Below, one piece after another: positions 48,325 to 60,705 of a DNA stretch of 64,000 bases. The notes under the pieces are model-generated. The model was not told the origin of the DNA. It ran no database searches and saw only the letters and a program-made list of their open reading frames with translations. Every line of letters begins with the position of its first letter. The stretch's first letter is position 1. Both the position numbers and the translations under genes were made by a program. Where the stretch lies: the NCBI GenBank assembly GCA_046563655.1, contig CM102290.1:13516001-13580000 (forward strand), written 5' to 3'. The stretch is from Yuukianura sp. NJ FZ-2021. Taxonomy: Eukaryota.

Positions 48325-49584
48325 TCAATCGTGCTCCATATCTTGCGATTCAAATATCTCAAAATAATCGTCAGAGCTAAAAGCTGAACGTAGCGTAGAT
48401 TTCACATCCTCTGTCAATTCCGCAGAATCCATCAACACTTTAAATTGATCTTTCGCCTCTTTTTTTGTTGTAATGTTATTTTTACAGTCATAACACATCT
48501 TTTGTGTGGGGCAACTGTGACCTGTGAAAGATATTTTTATTTCTGATACAGGAACCTTTAATTCATTTACAAATACCAATTCGGGATGTGTCCATTCGCC
48601 ATTCGCACTGTAACCTAATTCCCAATCGAAAGTATTCGTCTCAACCATTTTTAGTGGGGTTATTTGATCTCCATCATCATTAATGACTCCAAACTGTATA
48701 TGGTTAGGAGGTGAAGGAGAACTTGATTCTGGTATAAGTATGGTCTGGGAGTACTCGTACCAGAATTTTCTCGTACCAAATACATAACCTACCGGTTTAT
48801 CTCGGTCGAGGTGCGAAGTAGACTCAATTGAAAATTCAAAAATGACGGAGCCATAGCGATTATCTAGAACGTGTCTTTTGGGGTTTTCAGGTATATTGCG
48901 GACCTCATCTTCGTTGAGCACGACACCACACCAAACAAGGGGCGGCGTCGTACCCGGATTAGTAGAAGAATTGGTGAAAGTAATTTGTTGATTCTCGATC
49001 CCCTTAATAATTTGACGTGCGTTAACAGTTGATGTGGCATGCCTTAGCAGTCGTCCTTCAATTAACTTTATGTTAGTAGAATAATCGATGTCTTTTGGCA
49101 GGGTCAGTTCGTAGTCTGTTACAATATTAAGTGGACCTACATATCGTGGCCAAGATACAAAAGTTACAACTTCCGGTTCGTTAGAAAAATGGTGCTTCCA
49201 TAACTTAATCACTTCCACAATTTTTGTGATTAATCTTTGACTATTTTGTCGTCCCACTTCTTTAGCAGACGCCCATTGTGTGCATAGTTGTACAATTTTG
49301 GAAAGGCGATACTCTGGCTTCCGATTTATCATATAAAGCTGGTTGGATGTGTTTGGAGGAATTGGCGAAGTAATTCCACGGTGTATCGCTTCGATTATGA
49401 TCGTTGCAAAAAGAAACTGAACAGGCGCGGAAATTTTAGACTGCGCTCGTTGCATTGCAGCCCACAGTGTCCTTGCGTCGCCGTCGGCAATACGGACAAC
49501 GTACGTTACAGTTCGATGTTCTTCAAGTTGATTTGCAGCTGTAATCACTTGAGCAACTGTCTCCCAATCATCGACTTGCGTCAT
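48325..49584 (-). CDS. Single-coding-exon 419-aa protein; putative VHS-like N-terminal domain plus ADP-ribosyltransferase-like domain
   Basis: Longest uninterrupted ORF in the window, in AT-rich DNA. An acceptor (tttag at about 49600) just upstream of the ATG suggests a spliced 5' UTR. Domain calls are by motif resemblance only (see findings). Confidence 0.75.
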   Translation of the reverse strand: MTQVDDWETVAQVITAANQLEEHRTVTYVVRIADGDARTLWAAMQRAQSKISAPVQFLFATIIIEAIHRGITSPIPPNTSNQLYMINRKPEYRLSKIVQLCTQWASAKEVGRQNSQRLITKIVEVIKLWKHHFSNEPEVVTFVSWPRYVGPLNIVTDYELTLPKDIDYSTNIKLIEGRLLRHATSTVNARQIIKGIENQQITFTNSSTNPGTTPPLVWCGVVLNEDEVRNIPENPKRHVLDNRYGSVIFEFSIESTSHLDRDKPVGYVFGTRKFWYEYSQTILIPESSSPSPPNHIQFGVINDDGDQITPLKMVETNTFDWELGYSANGEWTHPELVFVNELKVPVSEIKISFTGHSCPTQKMCYDCKNNITTKKEAKDQFKVLMDSAELTEDVKSTLRSAFSSDDYFEIFESQDMEHD

Positions 49585-49832
49585 CGTTCAATCGGCTTTC
49601 TAAATTGTGTTCCAGTAAAAATAAAATTACACAGTTTTTAGCAGGGTGTCGGTGGTATAAACCATTTGATTTAAACCATGGCTTAAACCGCGGTTTCAAC
49701 CAATTGTTTGTTTGTTTTTCTTCGAAAAAAGCTTACAGTAACTCCATAACCGCCACATTGCTTTCCAAGCGGTGTTCTTTAATTAGTAACTGCCGACTAA
49801 CTTCGAGAAAAATATGCTTTATCAATGACGAC

Positions 49833-50094
49833 CAAGGTGCCTTGACAACCGAAATACAACAAGTTGTATTTGCTACACCAGGTTATTCAGTAATTCGGGG
49901 TTTGCAAAAATCTTCCTCCAAACAACCCCCCCCCCCCAATTTCCCCCCAATTCCTATTCAATTACATACAAATCATTACCATAGAAAGGCACGGCGACGC
50001 AAGTTTTGCAAATTATTTGAGAAAATTAAAAACACCGACTTACTGAATAACCTGGTGTAGAATAAACAATTTGTTTGTTTGTTTGCCCACCTTG
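49833..50094. mobile_element. hAT-type MITE, CAAGG family A (copies at about 18829-19030, 24954-25268, 27252-27509, 61286-61509)
   Basis: Termini CAAGGTG...CACCTTG with an exact 8-bp TSD ATGACGAC. A CTACA(C/A)CAGGTT / AACCTG(G/T)TGTAG internal inverted motif is shared among copies. Confidence 0.85.
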
Positions 50095-50396
50095 ATGACG
50101 ACGTTACGAAGCGGCAAAAGTTTCTGCTCAATGGCACAGTGCTCCTTATGATCACTGTGCCTTACCCTTTTAAATAGATGAATCCGTCCAAAGTTCATGA
50201 AACCACGAAGGAAGCGATTCCCTAATATTGGTTATGCAAGGCTGTATTTACTCTCAATTTAACGTTTAGTCCAGTTTCTCGTTTGACGTAGGGCTTTCGC
50301 TTTTACATTTACCTTCGTGGAATTCAATTGAAGAATTTGACTATCATTGCTATTTATGAAGTGATAAAAATTGTTAAAACTAACGTTGTAACTGTA

Positions 50397-51038
50397 AGTA
50401 GTTAGCACGTAAGTACCCGTAGTCAAAAATACGTCCTTGAACGGTCGTAAAACAATGTTTGTATACAAACAAGATCTCGACCAGAATTTTATGTTGAAAT
50501 GTGGTCGTTCAATAGCACTAAAAGTGTCGGTAAATGAGACTGTGACATCATCATACAGTTCGTCATGTTTCATCACTCTTTCTCTTCAGTGCAGTTGAGT
50601 AGAAAAGAGCGCACGCGTGCGAATTAACAAAAGCCGTCCTAAAAATGAGAAAAATATTGGGTTATACTTTGCCACATTTTCCTCCACTCTTTGTTGGAAC
50701 GAATGACTAGGAACACGAGGTGCGAGTGAGGACCCCGTTCTGGGTTGTGCTTTGAAACATTCCCCTCCCGTCCGCACTGGAAGGAGGATGAATGCTGGAA
50801 GGAAGGAGGAGATGAGAGCGTTCAACTGCTCCTTTCTGCTCAACTGCACTGAAGAGAAAGAGTGATGAAACATGACGAACTGTATGATGATGTCACAGTC
50901 TCGTTCACCGACACTTCTAGTGCTATTTAACGACCCATTTCAACAAAATTCAGGTCGAGATCTTGTTTGTTTACAAATATTGTCTTACGACCTTTCAAGG
51001 ACGTATTTTTGACTACGGGTACTTACGTGCTAACTACT
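50397..51038. mobile_element. Non-autonomous Polinton/Maverick-like element (mini-Maverick)
   Basis: Inverted arms of about 210 bp (50397-50610 and 50827-51038), termini AGTAGT...ACTACT, and an exact 6-bp direct repeat ACTGTA on both flanks (50391-50396, 51039-51044). Confidence 0.75.
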
Positions 51039-52339
51039 ACTGTAATTTGATATTTGCACAAATACCGTCGGTGATCCGGCTTACACGCGCAAACGAATGT
51101 TGCAATCGATTTCAATGAATTTGGGATGAGAAGATCACTAACAAACGAAATATCAATAATTTCCGGAAGTGAAGAATTTTTTGTCAGTAATGTTATGTGC
51201 GTATTCAGAAAATAATATAACATTTAAACGTCCCATACGGTTTAAAAGTGCATTCATCTAAACTAAATAGTACGACTAGAATTAAAAAATGGTTTCAAAC
51301 AATTGCTCCCATTTGTTGTTTTGTTGCTTTAAGATCAGTTAGATGGCAACAACTGCGGTCACCTACTCTACGGAAGATTAAACTTAATTTTAAGGAAATA
51401 AACTAAGCCTTACCTTCACTACGTTGGCACACGTAAAGCTGTTGTAAATTCACAAGCTTGAGAAAACGAAACGTCCGCAGCGTTTATATGCGAATTCAGC
51501 CGCTGTTTCCAACCTGCAATCACGAAATTGTATTGTCTCTCAGCAATCTCAACAACGGTGACGCAAACAAGATAAACTTCCAAACTAATCTACAATAAAT
51601 GAGAGTGACCTCCAAATTGTACTTTGAATAACACTGTGAAACTTTTGTTCAGGATGCATGGAAACTGAAAACTCGAATTCTTGTATTTATCACTACTTGA
51701 TGATAACGATCTCACACATTTAGCAGTTGTCCCACTTCAACGGAATTCTTATCGCTCATGCCCGTGCCTTTTACCAGTTGCCGCGATCTACACAATGGAA
51801 TAATGGTTATTGTTTTTGTATACCGGTTTCATAGAAGCGCGTTTTCACCCAAAAACATCCTCAGAAAGACTTCCTAGAAATGACTTGAGCATTTGAAGAT
51901 TTGAGTGACGGTGTCACTGGCGATTTCTCACTAGTTTCTAGAAGTGTGGAAAAAAAAAATCGCATTTACCGACATACTAGAAGAAAAGTTTCTAGGAACT
52001 AGTTGCTAGGACCTTCGGGTGATTTTTTATTGTTCGAGGTCACTGTTCTATTCTACAAAAAATTTTGCGGAACTTTTCCGCGGGGAACTAGGTTAAATTT
52101 TTTATTTAAACAAGATATCGTATGTACGAAATGACGTTGCAGACGAACCGGCGTAAACTTAAAGATAATAAGCAGGGTGTAACCAGGGTGTAGGTAAGTA
52201 GCGGAAGCCGTTTTCGAGATAATCGCCGCTGACGGCCGGAACAGACAGACAGAACAGGTAGATGTATTCAATAGCTTTCGCTACTCAATAAACTAACGAC
52301 ATTAAAAAAATGTTAATACACAAAATCAGAAACGTCTGT

Positions 52340-54735
<2,396 letters not shown>

Positions 54736-56060
54736 GCTTCTGAACTGAACTTATACAGAATGCCCAATAGGACTTGTTCAGCGTCCCACGCTACGCTGAA
54801 GTAAAAGTGAAAAGTGCAACGGGCAGAGTGATCGCTGGACTATTTATACTAATGCCCACTATCGCTTTCACACGGCACACCCCCACTTTCACAACATACG
54901 ACGCTGCTTTTTCATTTTAGCGTTCACAACCGTCGTGCGTTAAAGTTCACCCACCAGCCCTTAGCCCATTTTTCGTACACTTCGGATTACGACCGGATTT
55001 ATTATAACTAAGCAGATTTATTGGAAACAAAATAATACCTTTGTAGTAATTTAACGTAGAGTTAGTAATAAATAATTGATTTTTTACCTATAAATCTAAT
55101 AAGGTTTTGATAACATTGTTTTCACAAAACTAGTTAACTATAAAGAAAAAAATAAAATTAACAGCTACCATTAACTATGAATACTTATGACTAAATTGAC
55201 AAAATAAATTTAAAAACTAAAATTTTAGCAGCGGTTTAACGACTTAAGTATACACGCTAATAAATTACAGTCACAAATACATTGGGCAAGACTCTGCGTT
55301 GGATAACCCTTGACATGTAAATTCTTCATTGACAACACCATTTTAAACATTCTTCTGTTTTTAAATATGGGACGGAATACAGACGACATTTCCCGAAGTT
55401 TTTTCATTCTTTATGATCACACTCCTAAATCTTGTTATTACCAACAGTGAACAGCAGTTTTTACATGCAAAACTAAAAATATGAACTGGGAATGTTATCA
55501 AATGTTATCGAACGTGTATAATTTCTAAATAAAAGGCGGACGTGACCTTAGTCATGTACGCAATCAACATATGAATTGCTACTTCAAAATTGCTGACGAC
55601 ACGACAATCAGAGACTAACTCAAACCTCTCCACTTTCGAGTGTCTTTTTTAAATTTACACGGATATCATAACCTTCCTTCCTACTCGACATTAAAACAAT
55701 CTTGTTAGTTAATATTCATCACAATTAGGGTAAACACTATAGTATACATTAATAACTAAACTAAACTAACAATTCAGTAGAGTAGAACCTATCGGCAAGA
55801 TTACAATCACCTAAACAATTCTTCCTAATTTCAAATTTCCTAAAACTTTTACTTTCATTTCGAAATTCTGACGAAGAAAAGTCACCCCTGAGGCAGAGAT
55901 TAAGTCTACAATTGTTAGAAGTTCTAAGAATTTTGCTAAACTTGAAAACTAAAACTACAGAAAAATCTTAAAAATAAATTTTTTTTTTTTGAAAGACTTT
56001 ATGATGGAAGGGCGACAAAAATCTCATTCAAAGCACTTAAAATAGTGTTAAGGCCTGTCT

Positions 56061-59000
56061 TTAGAGGTAAAGAATCCTGGACGAGTCATCGTCATCTTCA
56101 TTTTGACTGTAATTACTCTGTGTATATGGAATTCTCACTTGGTTTTGACCGTATGGAAAACCAGAATTAGTCATTGGAACTGGACTGCTTCCGGAACGAC
56201 GGTGAGCGACCTGCAGATTGCCATAACTGACTTGACCACGGACGGAATGCTTGTCCAGCACAGTCTCGTCTCGACCACCGTCCAAATCTAAGTTTTTGTA
56301 GTAGTTGCTCATCCTATCTGTCGCTCCAGGGAGGTACTGGGGCGAATTAAATCCTGAATTCGACGTTGGAATACTTGTACTCGACTTGCTATGGTGTAAA
56401 TGTGCTCGGGAATTTCGAGCAGTTACGTTTCCATTGGAACTGTCTAAGGACGGTTGTTTCATATCTGAAGCAGTCTTGGGACCTACGCCACGCGGGAGGC
56501 TAGAAGCCTTTTGAGCAGCTAAACCTTCACTGAGGCGGAGTGGCAGTACTTGCTGAATACTTGGTGAACTGGATCCTGCAGAGGATAGTCGTGTAACTCT
56601 TCCCACCGGATTTCTGCTGCTTTCGTTTGGACTTTGCGTTGGCACGGGAACATTAGTCGGACTTCCCTTGGATACTGGAACTGTCGAAGTTTTTGCCAAT
56701 TGCTTAAGGTTTTCCGGAGTAATCAAGCTGCTCGTGGTGTTGCTCCTGACGAGCTGCGAAGATGCGAGGTGTAATGGTAATTGTTGCTTGGTTCCAGTTG
56801 ACACGGTGGCTAAATTGGGTGGAATGGTTGGTTGAGGCACTTGGGACGGAGATCGTCTAGCTGTGACTGCAGGAGCAGCCTTGTCAAAGTTAGTGGTAAC
56901 AGATATCGGTGAAATCGTCACAGAGTCTAAGAAAGGTTTGATTCCTTGGGACTCAAGCTTTTCCAGTTTTCTGAAAAATCAAAATCAGTTAGCCATAAAC
57001 CGTGCCATGCGTCCACAAAATATAGTGTTTTTAGTGATCCTGTACCTGTAAAGTTGTTCGCGCTGATGGCTAATATCAATTTCCTGTTTTTGCAAAGCCT
57101 CTTTGCGTGAATTCAGCTCCTGTCGCTCACGCAGAATCTCTTGCTTCTGACGTGAAAATGACTGCTGCCAGCTCCCTTTGTCTGATTCGAATCTTTGTTG
57201 TGCTTCTCTTAGTTCCTCCATCCTTCGCTGGTGTCCATTATTTTGAGAAACATTCAGCGACAGATTTGGAACCATTTGTAAGAACATTTCTCCACAGACA
57301 TCAGATAGCTGAATGACAAGCTAAAACAAACGGATAACATCAGTTAGACTCAGCTTATCTCCAAAGTAAGCAAAATCACATGATCATGTGAGGAATTTTA
57401 CCTGCGATAGGATTTTGCTGCTTGTTGTTCCATTGGCGTCGAGGGAAGATCTCTGCTGACTGTCGAACCCGCCAAAAGTATCTGCACGACGCGGCAATCC
57501 TAATACAGTCGTAACATGCTCGCTGACACAACTTGCGCTTCTATTCACCGTGTTTGAATTGACATCCATAGTATTAATAGTTTTCTGAACTTCCTGTAAC
57601 AAAATAAGGAGAAATATCTTGCTTAAACATTGTTACTAACACAGGGTACTGCCAAGTATTGAATTGGAAATCTTACAGTAACGGCTTCCGATAAAGCACT
57701 CAGCACTCTATCTTTTCCTTCAAAAGAATTAGATGTCCAGTAATATGGTTTATCTGCTCTTAAAGACTCAACCAATTTCGACCGTGTCTTTAGTAGATGT
57801 AAGATTTTCTTGTCGTGTTCATGTAGCTCATCTAGTCCTCGCAGAGCCCTGTACTCTGCTCCCTCCACAGATTCCGCAAGATCATCATCGAGATCAGAGA
57901 AAAGATCCAACTCTTCTTCAAACAAAATTTGTGCATCCCTAAACACCAAATTCACAAATGAACACAAGAAATTCGCTAAAAGTCAAATAATAGAAGAACA
58001 ACTTACCTCAAGGCGGTTAGCCAAGTCGGCCGATTTGCCGGGTTCTTGATATGGAGCTCAATCATCTCAGGCTTTTTGGATCCCGTGCCCATTACAAGAT
58101 ACAATGACATTTCATGTCCAGCGTTTTCCCTTACAATGATATTGTTGAGCATCACAAGTCCAAGCTACAAATTACACAAAATATTAATCAAAATTAATAA
58201 ATAGATAAATATTTATAAAAAATAATAACTTCATTTTCAAGACTTACGGGTGACACAAAGCAAACTTTCCCGCCAACATCCTGGGTGCAGACCATTGAAT
58301 CAGTGAGGAGGAGGACATTACATACTCCAAGAGACGTAATATTTCCGTTCACAATTCTGCTAACTACGGCAACTCCGTTGAAGAGGAGCCGTCGGTTTGA
58401 CAGTGTGAGCAGATCATTTGCTCGGATCCTACGCTGCCCATCGTAAATAATACTTTTGGGATCAATTTTTGAGCAGGCTTCGGCGAGACGTTCTCTTTCT
58501 GCAACTCGCTCATTCACACGAGAATTCAGTTCTTTGCAAGACGTCAACGCTTTCCGCAACTCCTCCCTTTCCAGTGGACACACATTGGTTTTGATGAGAG
58601 GTTCCAGCAGGAGAGGATACTTGGTGATTCGCTGAGCAACTAGCAACAGACATTCTGTCACATTCTTCCTACCCAGCAAAGACTGAAAGTAAAAACAAAC
58701 AAAAAAGTTTAGAATTAATTTTTTTTTAAATAACAAAAATGGCTCTTATCATAGTTTTGCTGAAATCCAAAATATAGATTGAAAGATTACTCACTTCCTT
58801 GTTCCAACCTGATACCAAAGTGGCAAACTTTTGGTCTTTCTGTTTCATGACCTTGAAAGTTTCGAATGACTTTTCCAATGATGAGCACAAAAGGCCATAG
58901 AGACGAATCATCTGTAACCACTGATCTCCGGAAAATTGTTCCATCAACACATCAGCCAAAGTATCCAGAGGTTCATCTCGTGTCCAAAAATCCAGTTGCT

Positions 59001-60705
59001 TTTGTTTTAGTCGTCTGAAGAAGTCAATGTGAACCTACAAAGTATACATGCATTATAGTTCAGGAACGCGTAAAATCACAATACTTATGAAAATGTTATA
59101 CCTGAAGCAAATCTGTAAGTCCTGGAAACAGTAGGCGAGCTTCACGACCATACCCAGAATTCTTCATATCCGTCAGGAAGAGGTGGTGCATCAAAGCAAG
59201 AGCCAGACAGTGGTGCTTCTCCGTTTGTATCATCTCGTACCTAAAGTTAAACAACAAAAAACGTTTACCATGTAATACTAAACGTTTTAGCTAAAATAAA
59301 ACTTCTAAGAAATTCTTCTTACATGTGTTCTTGGCGCTTTACTTCCTTCTCAGTCAGCATCGCCACAACTTCAGGCTTCATAAACTTCGCCCAGCATTCC
59401 ACGTCTGCTTCCTTCAATCCCAGAAACGAATCTGAGAGAGCCGTCATCCCTAAGGACTCTATGTACGAATCTGCACTACCATTCATCTTGTCTCTGCTGC
59501 CAAGGCGATGTCCCTTGGGGTGACTTGATCTTTTTCTTTTCTGTTTCCGTCCAAAGAAACTCCGTTTACTCGTGGATGGAAGATCGTCGGACTTGGCTTG
59601 ACTCAACTGCAGCAATTTCGGACCAACATTTTGAACAGGCGGAGAAATGCTGCAATTAGAACAAAAATTTTAGTCGAAACCTCCGATCAAACACTGGAAT
59701 CGGAAAAGATGAGGAAACGTTCAATATTGTAGTTAACGCCGTTTCCTTCTACGCTGGAGGATCAAAAGGCTAGTATCGCCAATCACTAAAATATTATCTA
59801 ATCAAAACGTGTCATTATCAATTTTGCAGTCTGTAACTTCAATAAAGTGACAAGATCAATAAATAGGACCCAGAACAAAGCGGAATGACCCTGAAAGTTA
59901 TATCATAGGGTATGAGTCATACGGGAGCTGCCATTGCTACGAATGAATTGTTCCGAATCTGCGTTTCGGATCAATTTATCCTTCGGAGTAATTGGTTTCG
60001 TGGCAATTCATTCGGAGCAAGGCGCTTCGGAGGAATTCATTCGGATCAAGGCGATTCGGAGAAATTCATTCGGAGGAATGCCTTCGGAATAATTCATTCG
60101 GAGTAATGGCATGGAATGGATTCATACCTCTGCATGGAAGGACTAGAAACTGATTTATGGAAGAATCCAGGAGCAATATACGAAAACCGATTGGTTGATC
60201 TGGAAAACTCAGTAGGATTTTGAATACGGCGAGATTGGTCAGCCTGTAACGCATGCTCCAACATCCCAACGCCATTGGCAACCGTCCCAGTCTGCAGTAC
60301 TCCGGCAACATTTCCATCTACTGTGCTCCCGCTCTCTCTGCCATAGTTATCCGCTTCCAAACTGTTGAGGCTGGTGCTGAAATACATAAATTACATAATG
60401 TAATGTTAATGTAATGTAAAACATAGAAGTTATGTCATGTCTAACCTTCGTCGGTACCCAAGCGGTACTTTGGCCGGTATGTAACCATCTGAGATCGTCT
60501 TTCCATCAGAGACATTTGACTTTTTGATGTCGTTGGCCCTTTGAGAAGCAACGACTGAAGGCTCTACTTGGCCCGACGTGAGCAGCGGCAGGTCAGGACA
60601 CGAATTCGTCAGTAAATCGTATTCATTAGCGTCAAAACTTTCGTCTTGGCCTTCCATATTCGGGATTGTCTGTGACTTCAGCGACTCGAATCCATGACTC
60701 AACAT
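56061..60705 (-). CDS. DH-PH Rho guanine nucleotide exchange factor, ARHGEF18/ARHGEF2/AKAP13 (Lbc; Drosophila cysts) type; the 5' end may extend upstream
   Basis: DH motifs EKEVKRQEHM|YEMIQTEKHH and ECLLLVAQRITKYPLLLEPL, a PH region (RRLLFNG, VLLLTD, IIVRENAG), a coiled coil (LREAQQRFESDK...ERQELNSRKE) and a C-terminal acidic-then-hydrophobic end (DDDDSSRILYL). The upstream exons I checked (60446-60716, 60128-60376, from 59649) are phase-consistent. A probable non-coding exon has its donor at 62529. Confidence 0.88.
59913..60124. repeat. MITE-like element with 15-bp-period internal repeats in a RhoGEF intron
   Basis: Inverted ends TGCCATT(G/A)CT(A/C)CGAATGAATT (19/21) and seven or more TTCGGA-containing units at about 15-bp period. 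Confidence 0.7.

Noticed and set aside
59940..60105. Regularly spaced repeats resembling a CRISPR array
   Set aside because: The period is only about 15 bp, there are no unique spacers or cas genes, and the context is a eukaryotic intron. It is explained as a MITE interior.
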